Assembly (NCBI GenBank): GCA_040218735.1
Contig: JAVJQW010000011.1
Span: 192,001 to 256,000 of the forward strand
DNA: 64,000 nucleotides
Direction: 5' to 3'
Origin: Deltaproteobacteria bacterium
GTDB taxonomy: Bacteria; Myxococcota; Kuafuiibacteriia; Kuafuiibacteriales; Kuafuiibacteriaceae
The notes below the pieces were generated by a model. The model was not told the DNA's origin. It made no database searches and worked only from the letters and a program-made list of their open reading frames with translations. The position numbers and the translations under genes are program-made. Positions 1 to 8,455 of this stretch are shown piece after piece; position 1 is the first letter of the stretch, and every line of letters begins with the position of its first letter.

Positions 1-1837
1 GCCCGATCATGTTGAGGCGGTTCCACTTCGGGCCATGCGGCATCTTCGTGCGGTGGCGATCGCCGAGTGTCTCCGCGAGCGCGCCGCAGGAGCAGATCCA
101 CCCGCAGTACGCGCCCTTCCCCCAGCGCCGGATCATCAGCGGGATGATCACGAACGTCTGCACGCCGCCGATCACCAGCCACCACGTCATCGGCTCCGAC
201 GTGAAGAAGTTCCAGATGAACAATGGCCACGCGAGCACGAACCCGAACGCTCGCCAGTACTCGCGCCCGTGCGCGGACCACTGCGTCGCCGGGAACAGGT
301 TGTCGGCGAACGTCTTGCCGAACCCGTCGTCGAACACCCCGTTGTGCCCGAGGTAGGGGAGGAGAATGTACGGCAGCAGGAACAGCGGAACGAGCTGCAT
401 CGCCATCAGCGTGAGTGTCTGCGTCTTCACATACGGCGTGCGCCGCCGCTTGATGCGGTCGATGCCGAACGCCACCACCGCGACCGAGTACGCAAGCGCG
501 TAGTAGAAGCCGGGCTCGGTCGAGGTGATCGCAAACGTGCCGAACAACGTCTTGGGGTCCTTCGCCGCCTGGGAGATCGTCGACAAGAAGCCCTTCATCC
601 CGAACGGGAACCACCCGTGGCTCGTGAAGTAGTCGTGGATGACGCCGCTGCCCGACTTCCAGTTGTAGACGAACACGCAGAACAGCATGAACGCCGCGAA
701 CGCCGCGATGGACTTCGGCGTCCACTCGCCGCGGATCGGGATCTTGCTGCGGCGGAAGAAGTCGAGCGGCGCCTCGCGGCCGATCATCGCGAACACCACG
801 TCGTTGGCGATCGTCTGCGCGTTGCCGTCGGCGTCTTGGATGCGCACGTCTTCGTCGCGCACCTCGAGGAGCTTGCTCGCCATCATCAGCTGGATGCCGC
901 CGCGGTGCGTCCCGCCCGCGAGCCCGGCGCCCATCGCGGAGTTCACACGGTCGGAGACCGGGTTCTCGATGTCGACCTGCGCTTCCGGGTCGCGCCGGAA
1001 CGTCTCGAGTTTTTCGATATTCTCCGGCTTGGGTCTGGAGAACTCAGGTTTTCGATAAGACAGCGTGACGTTCGCGCCGACCATCGCCAACGCGATCGCA
1101 CTCTCCAACGCAGAGTCACCGCCACCCACGATGAGTACGTTCTTGTCCGCGTACTCACGCGGGTCATAGAGCCGGTGATAGACCTTGTCCTTGTCCTGCC
1201 CGGGGACGCCGAGGCGTCGGTAGTTACCACTGCGCCCGATACCGATGATAACCCGCTGCGCGCGCGTGACCTTCGCCTCGCCCTTACCACCGTGCACGAC
1301 CTCGAGCACGTCGCCCTTCTTCTCGACGCGATCGATGTGCGCCGCGACGGGCTCCACGCCCGCCTCCTCCTTCTGCCTCTCGAGCTCCGCGAGGAGGTCC
1401 TCTTTGACGTCCGCCGTGAACTGCAGATCACCCGCCGGCGTCATGTCCGTCGGGTAGGTGAAGATCGGTTTGCCCTTCGGGAAGTTGACGATCGTGTTGA
1501 ACGCCTCCGCGGCCTCGTAGACCACGAAGCTCAACCCCGCCTTCTTCGCCTCGACCGCCGCCGCGATCCCCGACACGCCCGCGCCGACGATCACGAGGTC
1601 CTTCACCCCCTTGCCGCCCTTCCCTTTCGAGAAGCCCGGCTCTTCGAGGATGGCCTGCACGGCGCGCGCGCCGGTGTGCGCGGAGAACTTCAGCAGCGGG
1701 ATGCCGGTGAGATCGCCCACGATGCGCACGCCGGGCACCGCGGTCACGCCGTCCTCGCCGACCTCCGGCATCTTCTCCACGTGCCCCGCCGGCCAGCGGG
1801 TGTGGAGCCAGTGCATGTAACGCGCGAGGGGGTTCAT
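1..1837 (-). CDS. FAD/NAD(P)-binding oxidoreductase (thioredoxin-reductase-like) fused to a membrane NapH/MauN-like 4Fe-4S domain; runs off the left edge
   Basis: ATG at 1837 (MNPLARYMHWLHTRWPAG...); GAGVSG, IGRSG and GGGDSA dinucleotide-binding motifs; TM segments then YCGWICSCG in the same frame near position 100. Confidence 0.8.
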   Translation of the reverse strand, partial: MNPLARYMHWLHTRWPAGHVEKMPEVGEDGVTAVPGVRIVGDLTGIPLLKFSAHTGARAVQAILEEPGFSKGKGGKGVKDLVIVGAGVSGIAAAVEAKKAGLSFVVYEAAEAFNTIVNFPKGKPIFTYPTDMTPAGDLQFTADVKEDLLAELERQKEEAGVEPVAAHIDRVEKKGDVLEVVHGGKGEAKVTRAQRVIIGIGRSGNYRRLGVPGQDKDKVYHRLYDPREYADKNVLIVGGGDSALESAIALAMVGANVTLSYRKPEFSRPKPENIEKLETFRRDPEAQVDIENPVSDRVNSAMGAGLAGGTHRGGIQLMMASKLLEVRDEDVRIQDADGNAQTIANDVVFAMIGREAPLDFFRRSKIPIRGEWTPKSIAAFAAFMLFCVFVYNWKSGSGVIHDYFTSHGWFPFGMKGFLSTISQAAKDPKTLFGTFAITSTEPGFYYALAYSVAVVAFGIDRIKRRRTPYVKTQTLTLMAMQLVPLFLLPYILLPYLGHNGVFDDGFGKTFADNLFPATQWSAHGREYWRAFGFVLAWPLFIWNFFTSEPMTWWLVIGGVQTFVIIPLMIRRWGKGAYCGWICSCGALAETLGDRHRTKMPHGPKWNRLNMIG

Positions 1838-1890
1838 GGCGTACGCGGAGAGGTACCGCGACCCGGGTACGCCGTCGAGCGCCTACCAGA

Positions 1891-2517
1891 TCAGCGGTCG
1901 CCGCCGCGCGGGGTGAGCAGCTCGTCCTCGACGGACGTGCGCACCGTCTTGTCCCGCATCGAGACCACGCGGGGCTCCGGCTCCCGCACGTCGTCCGTGA
2001 GGTCCGACGCGATGCCGGCGCGCGAGCGGTGACGGAGCAGCGAGTGCATCTGCGCCTCGCCGCTGCCCTCGCGCTCGCCCATCGCGTCGAGGAGCTTGCT
2101 GTGCGACGAGATGATCGACCGGAGGCTCGCCTCGAACTGCGCCTTCTGGCGCCGCAGCTCGTCGATGTCCTCCATGATCCGCACGAGGCGTGTGTGGGCG
2201 TTCTGGATGATCTGCTCCGCCTGCGACTCCGCCTGCGCGATGACGATCTCCGCCTCTTTGCGCGCGTTGTGTTTGATGTCCTCGGTGATCTGCGTCGCGG
2301 TGATCATCGTCTCCTTGAGCGTGCGTTCACGCTCGCGGTGCTCGTGGATCTCCGCCTCCTTGCGCTTGAGGTCTTCGCGCAGGCCGTTGTTGTCACGCAC
2401 CAGCCGCTCGACGTCGTTCGCGAGGACGTCCAGGAACGCGTCGACCTCGCGCGTGTCGAAGCCCCACAGCGTCGTCCGGAACTGCTGCTGCTGAATGTCC
2501 AGCGGGGTGAGCTTCAT
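1891..2517 (-). CDS. divIVA: DivIVA domain cell division protein
   Basis: MKLTPLDIQQQQFRTTLWGFDTREVDAFL N-terminal signature plus long coiled coil. Confidence 0.93.
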   Translation of the reverse strand: MKLTPLDIQQQQFRTTLWGFDTREVDAFLDVLANDVERLVRDNNGLREDLKRKEAEIHEHRERERTLKETMITATQITEDIKHNARKEAEIVIAQAESQAEQIIQNAHTRLVRIMEDIDELRRQKAQFEASLRSIISSHSKLLDAMGEREGSGEAQMHSLLRHRSRAGIASDLTDDVREPEPRVVSMRDKTVRTSVEDELLTPRGGDR

Positions 2518-2568
2518 GGCGGCCAATGTAGCCGCGCGCGCCGGACCCCGCAAACTTCGTGCGCGCGG

Positions 2569-3231
2569 TCAGGTCTGACGCGCGCCGAACACCGCCGTCC
2601 CCACCCGCACGAGCGTCGCCCCCTCCTCGATCGCCGCCTCGAAGTCCGAGCTCATCCCCATCGAGAGCACCGGGAGGGGCGCCTGGACGCGGCCTTCCAG
2701 GTCCGCCGCCAACGCCCGTAACGCCGCGAACGCGGCCCGGGTCACCCCCCGCGGCGGGATGCACATCAGGCCCCTCGGGACCACGTTCGGGAGCGCCAGC
2801 GCGGCCCGGATCAGGGCTTCGGCCCCCGCCGGCGCGACCCCGGACTTGGCGTCCTCGCCCTCGGTGTTCACCTGGACGAGGACCTCCAGCGGGGCCCCCT
2901 CCCGGGCGTCCGAGAGGCGGCGCAGGAGCTTTTCGCTGTCGATGGTGTGAACGACGTCCGCCACCGCCGCGCGCTTCGCCTTGTTGGACTGCACGTTGCC
3001 GATCAGGTGCCACCGCGCGTCGTCCGGCAGGAGCGAACGTTTGCGCTCGAACTCCTGCACGAAGTTCTCCCCGAAGTCGCGCTGCCCGGCCGCGTACGCC
3101 GCCCTCAAGGACGCGTCCGGCTGGCGCTTGCTGACCGCGACGAGCGTGACCTCCGCCGCGTCCCGCCCCGCGCGCGCACACGCGTCGGCGATGCGCGCGT
3201 TCACCTCGGCGAGCGACGCCGCGACCGTCAC
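2569..3231 (-). CDS. yggS: PLP homeostasis protein YggS/PROSC
   Basis: LVAVSK, FGEN, WHLIGNVQSNK, LSMGMSSD, VRVGTAVFG motifs. Confidence 0.95.
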   Translation of the reverse strand: MTVAASLAEVNARIADACARAGRDAAEVTLVAVSKRQPDASLRAAYAAGQRDFGENFVQEFERKRSLLPDDARWHLIGNVQSNKAKRAAVADVVHTIDSEKLLRRLSDAREGAPLEVLVQVNTEGEDAKSGVAPAGAEALIRAALALPNVVPRGLMCIPPRGVTRAAFAALRALAADLEGRVQAPLPVLSMGMSSDFEAAIEEGATLVRVGTAVFGARQT

Positions 3232-3779
3232 ACCAACCCTCGCTTCGCGAGCAGCGCGAGGGTCTCCTCGAGCGGCAGCCCCACCACGTTCGTGTAGCTC
3301 CCGCGCACTTCGGCGACGAGCGCGCCGCCCTCGCCCTGGATGCCGTAGGCGCCGGCCTTGTCCATCGGCTCGCCGGTCGCGACGTAGCGATCGATCTCCG
3401 CCGACGACAGCACGCGAAACCGCACCGCGGTGGTGACCAAGAGCTCTTCGACCTGCCCGCCCACCGCGAGCACCACCGCCGTGTGGACCACGTGAGATTC
3501 GCCGGAGAGCTTCGCGAGCGTACGCTTCGCGTCGTCGATGTCCTCGGCCTTCCCGAGGATCGCGTCCCCCAGCGCAACCACGGTGTCGGCGGCGAGCACC
3601 GGCTGAGCGAGCCCGTGCGCGAGCGCCTTGTCGCGCGCGACGCGTAGCGCGTAGGCGTCCGGCGCTTCGCCCTCGCGGGGGGTCTCGTCGACGTCCGCCG
3701 GACGTACCTCGATCGCCACGCCCGCCGCGGTGAGGAGGTGGCGACGACGCGGCGATGCGGAGGCGAGGACGAGGGTCAC
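3228..3779 (-). CDS. maf: Maf-family nucleoside triphosphate pyrophosphatase
   Basis: LVLASASPRR, AADTVV, GEPMDKAGAYGIQG, NVVGLP; GTG start at 3779; 4-nt overlap with yggS. Confidence 0.93.
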   Translation of the reverse strand: MTLVLASASPRRRHLLTAAGVAIEVRPADVDETPREGEAPDAYALRVARDKALAHGLAQPVLAADTVVALGDAILGKAEDIDDAKRTLAKLSGESHVVHTAVVLAVGGQVEELLVTTAVRFRVLSSAEIDRYVATGEPMDKAGAYGIQGEGGALVAEVRGSYTNVVGLPLEETLALLAKRGLV

Positions 3780-3872
3780 GCGTCCACGAAATCGCACCTT
3801 TTGTTCGTGCGCACCAGACGAGAATCCCGCGCGGGAGAACACAGCGAGGTTTCCTGCTACGTTCCCAGTCGC

Positions 3873-4226
3873 GTGAAGCGACTCGCGGTTCAGCTCGCCC
3901 TCCTCGTGGGGGTGCTCGGCGCCTGCGGCGAGCCTGCCGTGGACGACCTCGCGTGCCCCGCCGGCTACAAACAAGACGGTGGCGTCTGCTCCGACCCGTT
4001 CGAGATCTCGAAGACCCCGGCCGACGAGGACGCGTTGGTGTACACGTGTGTCTGCGAGTCGCTCTGCAACCGGCGCACGTTCGACGAGCAGACGTTGACG
4101 ATGTGCTTCGAGCCTTCCATCGACGTCGCGGGGATCGCGTTCGACCGCTTCTGCGATCGCGGGGGCTGCCAGGGCAGCTTCAGCTGCACCTGTGAGTGCA
4201 CGAGCGAGGGCGACCGATGCGACTGA
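3873..4226 (+). CDS. small Cys-rich lipoprotein, unknown function
   Basis: GTG start, signal peptide with lipobox VLGAC, about a dozen Cys in 117 aa. Confidence 0.7.
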   Translation: MKRLAVQLALLVGVLGACGEPAVDDLACPAGYKQDGGVCSDPFEISKTPADEDALVYTCVCESLCNRRTFDEQTLTMCFEPSIDVAGIAFDRFCDRGGCQGSFSCTCECTSEGDRCD

Positions 4227-5065
4227 GCACGCGCTTGACACGAGCGCTGATCGTCGGACTCGTCGCGGGCGCGTGGTCAGCCAGCCCGGCGAACGCGCAG
4301 GAGGAGCCGGGCGGCCCACGCATCCCCGAGCCGGGCGGCCCGCGCATCCCGGCGCCGCCTCCGTCGACCCCGGCCCCCGCACCGCCGCCGCCTTCCACGC
4401 CGACCAAGGCGCCCCCCGAGACGACGCCGCCCCAGGCCGAGTCGAAGGCGCCCACGTCGGCCGAGGCGACGGTCGAGCCCAAGACCGACTCGAAGCCCTT
4501 CCGAATCTACGCGGGCCTCGGGTCGCACTTCCCCGTCGCGCAACGCGGCGGCCTCCTCCCGGTCGACGAGATTGGCGGTGGCGTCGCGCTCGAGCTCGCC
4601 GGTGGATGGCAGGCCACGGAGTCCATCCTGTTGGGGCTGCGCTTCGACCTCCTCTTCGCGTCGGCCCAAGGCGCCGGCTGGGCGAAGATCCTCCGCGCCG
4701 ACGTCGGCGGCGGGCTCGGCCTCGACGTCGGTCCGACGCTGCAACTCACCTTTCACCCGTTCGAACACGCCACGCTTCGCGTCGGCGTCGACGGTTACCT
4801 CTCACGCGCGTCGACCAGCCAAGCCACGAGCGACGGCGTCCGCATCGGGACGCTCCGCGTCGCGCCCGGGGAAGAGATCGGCGTCGGGTACGGCGGCTGG
4901 TCGGCGGGCGGGACACTCGTCCTCGCGTACCGGGGCGTCACCGTCGACGTCCGCTACATCCGCACGCAGTGGGGCTCCGCGAGCATCGCGGGCCGCGAGC
5001 TCGACGCAAACGGGCTGTCGTCGGACCGCCTCAAGGTCGCGGCGGGATACACGCTGCATTTCTGA
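4217..5065 (+). CDS. secreted protein with Pro-rich linker and probable outer-membrane beta-barrel
   Basis: Signal peptide (ANA-Q), EPGGPRIP duplication, amphipathic beta strands, C-terminal YTLHF. Confidence 0.7.
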   Translation: MRLSTRLTRALIVGLVAGAWSASPANAQEEPGGPRIPEPGGPRIPAPPPSTPAPAPPPPSTPTKAPPETTPPQAESKAPTSAEATVEPKTDSKPFRIYAGLGSHFPVAQRGGLLPVDEIGGGVALELAGGWQATESILLGLRFDLLFASAQGAGWAKILRADVGGGLGLDVGPTLQLTFHPFEHATLRVGVDGYLSRASTSQATSDGVRIGTLRVAPGEEIGVGYGGWSAGGTLVLAYRGVTVDVRYIRTQWGSASIAGRELDANGLSSDRLKVAAGYTLHF

Positions 5066-5564
5066 AGCAGCGGGCGCGCAGCGCCGTGCACGCTTCGACT
5101 TCCCATCGCTCTTCGGGCGCGACGAGCTGGCAGTTGAAGGCGTCGGACCAGCGCGCAATCTCCTCGACCTCCGCCTCCCAACACGCGACGACCTCGCCGA
5201 CCGTCGCTTCGCACCCGCGATAACCGCCCGCGCAGCTGTCCGTCGGGCGATCGCAGGTCACCGTCGGGATCACGCCGACCTGTCGACGGCACTGATCGAT
5301 CGGTTCCTGGCAGGTGTTCGCGGACGGTCCGAGCGCCCCACCCGGCCAGAACGGTACGAGCGGCCCGCCGACGCTCCAGTGACACTGGCGCGCGCGTGTG
5401 ATCATCAGCTCCTGAAACTCGGCGTAGGCGCCACAGAGGTCGCGCTCGGCGTCGCTCTCGAGCGCGTCGATCAACGTTCCCGGCGCGAGTGCGTGCTCGA
5501 TCTTCGGCGACGAACAGCCGCTGGCCAAGCACACCCCCACGACGAAGACGATTCGGGCCAACAC
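5031..5564 (-). CDS. Cys-rich lipoprotein, unknown function
   Basis: Lipobox LASGC after hydrophobic stretch; many Cys; start approximate. Confidence 0.6.
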   Translation of the reverse strand: MLARIVFVVGVCLASGCSSPKIEHALAPGTLIDALESDAERDLCGAYAEFQELMITRARQCHWSVGGPLVPFWPGGALGPSANTCQEPIDQCRRQVGVIPTVTCDRPTDSCAGGYRGCEATVGEVVACWEAEVEEIARWSDAFNCQLVAPEERWEVEACTALRARCFRNAACIPPRP

Positions 5565-5633
5565 GCGCGCGAGCTTAACAACAGCTCCACGAATTTGCTC
5601 GCCCGCTCCGATGCGAAGTGCTAGCGCGATCCC

Positions 5634-6452
5634 ATGCCGCTGAAGGACAAGACGATCGCAGTCATCGGGGTCGGGAACATGGGCGGCGCGCTGCTCGGCG
5701 GGCTCATCGACAGCGGCGCGGTCGAGAAGGACCGCGTCGTCGTGCACAACCGGCGCGACGACAAGACCCAGGACATTGCGAAGCGCTTCGGCGTCCGCGG
5801 CGCCGCGACCAACGCCGAAGCCGTCGAGGGGGCGGACATCGTGCTCGTCGCGGTGAAGCCGCAGATCTTCGAGAAGGTGCTCGGCGAGATCCGCGACGCC
5901 CTCTCGCCCGACGCGCTGGTGCTCTCCGTCGCCGCCGGCATCACCACCGCGAAGATGGAGGCGGTCCTCGGCGAAAAGGCGCGCGTCGTCCGCGCGATGC
6001 CGAACACCCCGTCGCTGATCAAAGAAGGCGCAAGCGCGATCGCCCCCGGCACCAACGCAACCGCCGAGGACGTCGAGGTCGCCCGCGCGATCCTGTCCGA
6101 GGTGAGTCGCGTCGTCGTCGTCGACGAGATCCACCTCGACGCGGTCACGGGCCTCTCCGGCAGCGGCCCGGCGTACATCTTCCTGATCATCGAGGCGTTC
6201 GCAGACGCAGGCGTGAAGGTCGGCCTGTCACGCGAGATCGCGCAGGACCTCGCGGTGCAGACCATCCAGGGCGCCGCGCGCCTGCTCCAGCAGACCGGCG
6301 AGCACCCGGGCCGCCTCAAGGACATGGTGACCTCCCCGGGCGGCACCGCGATCGCAGGCCTGCACACGCTGGAGGCGGGCGGCCTGCGCACGACGATCAT
6401 CAACGCGGTGGAGGCCGCGACGAACCGGGCGCGGGAGCTCGGGCAGAGCTGA
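5634..6452 (+). CDS. proC: pyrroline-5-carboxylate reductase
   Basis: IGVGNMG, AVKPQ, RAMPNTP, GLSGSGPAY, VTSPGGTAI motifs. Confidence 0.97.
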   Translation: MPLKDKTIAVIGVGNMGGALLGGLIDSGAVEKDRVVVHNRRDDKTQDIAKRFGVRGAATNAEAVEGADIVLVAVKPQIFEKVLGEIRDALSPDALVLSVAAGITTAKMEAVLGEKARVVRAMPNTPSLIKEGASAIAPGTNATAEDVEVARAILSEVSRVVVVDEIHLDAVTGLSGSGPAYIFLIIEAFADAGVKVGLSREIAQDLAVQTIQGAARLLQQTGEHPGRLKDMVTSPGGTAIAGLHTLEAGGLRTTIINAVEAATNRARELGQS

Positions 6453-7845
6453 TCCGCTCGGTCCTGCGAAACAACCTAAAGAAGCTCCCCGGGCCGAGCG
6501 GCTCCTCGTCGAACCCCCTCGGCGGAGCGAGCTCACCATCACGACGGCGCAACCGGACGAACACCTCGGTGGCCGAGTCCGGAGCGCCACACTTCGTACG
6601 GAGCGGGCGCCGCGCCCACCGCAGCGGCGACAACGCGCATGCGAGATCCTCTGCGACGACGTCGTCTCCGGGTCCGGCGAGCCGAGCGACCGTACGCGCC
6701 TCGTCGACGATACCCGCGGCGACGGCGAGCCGTGCGCGGCGAAAGCGCCCGTACGTCTGTGCGTTGTCGATCGCGAACCCGCCCAACACCACGGCGACCG
6801 CGACCGCCGCGTAGACCCGTTTCGTCGCGATGCGACGGAGGCCGTCTGCGGCGAGCACGGCGAGGATCAGTACGACGAACGCGAAGTACCGCGCCTCCGG
6901 ACGTACGAGCGCGAGCGGCAGCAACGTGAACGACACGAGACCAATGGGGTAGAGCGCGGCACGCCGATCGACCGCGAGCCGCGCGACCAACTCGACGATC
7001 GCGAGGACCACCACGAACGCGCCCGCGTGCGTCCACAGGACTTCGAACGTCTCCGGCAAGCGATCGAGGAGCACACGAAGGACGGACCACGGATCCGCCA
7101 CCATCGCCTCGAGGCTCGTGGCCCCGCCGAAGACCTGCGGTGCACCGAGCGGCCCCGGCCCGGACGGGACCCACCACGTCCCGCGCCCGAGGCTCCATCC
7201 GACGACGGCCCAGAGGACGGTGACCACGCTCGACCCCGCTATCATCGCTGCGCCGTGACGACGCGAGCGCGCGAGGAACACATACGCGATGACACACGGT
7301 ACGACGCTGAGGAAGTTGAACCGGACGAGGACCGCCGCTGCGAGCCCGAGCCCCGCGCCGAACGCACGGCGCTCGGATCCACACGTCACGGCTGCGACCG
7401 ACGCGGCGAGCACAGCGGTCCCGAAGAGGTCCGGAGTCACGTCCGTCACCGCAGAGAGGAACGGTCGCGTCGTCACGAAGGCCATCAACGCAACCAGCCC
7501 CCATCGAACCCCTCGCGCACGGCCGACCAGACCTCCGATCGCCGCCGCCGACGACACCGTCACCACGATGATCCCGAAGCCGAGCCACAAGCCGCCGACC
7601 GACGCGAGGAAGAGCGCCGCCGGATACCCAGGCGCTCGAAAGACTCCGCTCTCCAGGTGGAGCAACGCCCGGACGCCTTCGCCATCGGACCAGCCCCAGA
7701 CCACGGGGAAGTAGACCGCAAACGCGTCCCCACCCGGTGCCAAGGCGAATACGGCGAAGACCGCACCGACGACGAGCATCATCACGAACGCCAGCAGAGC
7801 GCCCGCGTGTGCGTCTCGCTCGGTCGCCTGCCGCGAGCTCGTCAC
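6400..7845 (-). CDS. polytopic membrane protein, probable GT-C (ArnT/PMT-like) glycosyltransferase
   Basis: About 11 TM helices, RAPGYP loop, TPD, RFN and EARY motifs typical of GT-C folds. Confidence 0.55.
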   Translation of the reverse strand: MTSSRQATERDAHAGALLAFVMMLVVGAVFAVFALAPGGDAFAVYFPVVWGWSDGEGVRALLHLESGVFRAPGYPAALFLASVGGLWLGFGIIVVTVSSAAAIGGLVGRARGVRWGLVALMAFVTTRPFLSAVTDVTPDLFGTAVLAASVAAVTCGSERRAFGAGLGLAAAVLVRFNFLSVVPCVIAYVFLARSRRHGAAMIAGSSVVTVLWAVVGWSLGRGTWWVPSGPGPLGAPQVFGGATSLEAMVADPWSVLRVLLDRLPETFEVLWTHAGAFVVVLAIVELVARLAVDRRAALYPIGLVSFTLLPLALVRPEARYFAFVVLILAVLAADGLRRIATKRVYAAVAVAVVLGGFAIDNAQTYGRFRRARLAVAAGIVDEARTVARLAGPGDDVVAEDLACALSPLRWARRPLRTKCGAPDSATEVFVRLRRRDGELAPPRGFDEEPLGPGSFFRLFRRTERISSARAPAPGSSRPPPR

Positions 7846-7895
7846 CTCCAGCCGTATCCTCGACAGGGCGACGGGCTGTCAATGCGGCCGAAGAT

Positions 7896-8384
7896 TCAGG
7901 TGAGTGGGTCCGCAGCGCGCTCGGTCGGCCGGACACGCTTGCCCTCGATTTCCAAGAACAACCCTTCGTCGTCCTCACCGAGTAGCGGCTCCAACCGGAA
8001 CGACGCCGTGCTCGTGAACTTCGCCTCGAACGTCCCGTCGCGCGCCCGGCAGTGCAGGATCCCGTCGCCGTCCATCGACAGCGTCGCCGGGTCGAGCTTC
8101 TCCCGACGCTCGTCCGACAACAGCAACCACACCGCGCCGCCCTCACCGAGCTGTACGTCGTTCACGAACAGCGGCGGGCCCTCGATCTCGACGTAGGCCC
8201 AGTTGACCTCGTTCTTCAGGCAGTAGCGCCCGTCCTCGGCGCGATCGATCCACCGATCGAACGCCTTCTTCACCTGCGGGTTCTCGACGAGCGCGCCGTC
8301 GTGGAACCAGCGCCCGAGCGCGTCGCGGCGGATGGTCGTCTCGCGCGTGAAGTGCGCGGGGACGTTCGCTTCGCCGTCGGTCAT
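7896..8384 (-). CDS. DUF1285-like protein
   Basis: IRRDALGRWFHDG...YVEIEGPPLFV pattern. Confidence 0.6.
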   Translation of the reverse strand: MTDGEANVPAHFTRETTIRRDALGRWFHDGALVENPQVKKAFDRWIDRAEDGRYCLKNEVNWAYVEIEGPPLFVNDVQLGEGGAVWLLLSDERREKLDPATLSMDGDGILHCRARDGTFEAKFTSTASFRLEPLLGEDDEGLFLEIEGKRVRPTERAADPLT

Positions 8385-8455
8385 GGCCCCCTCAGCGTAC
8401 GGGTCGCTTCCTTGACAGTCCAATCGAACGGGTGCCCAGATCGCGCGGAGAAGGC

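Noticed and set aside
35-2032. 665-aa plus-strand ORF (and similar long ORFs at 9284-12289, 36125-38557, 41572-43491, 48857-52063)
   Set aside because: Antisense shadows of real genes; stop-poor because of high GC3; Arg/His/Val-rich with no motifs.
6400-6452. 3' overlaps of convergent genes (also 5031-5065, 43982-44016, 55088-55134, 63013-63038)
   Set aside because: Common in compact GC-rich genomes where stop codons are rare; no specific signal.
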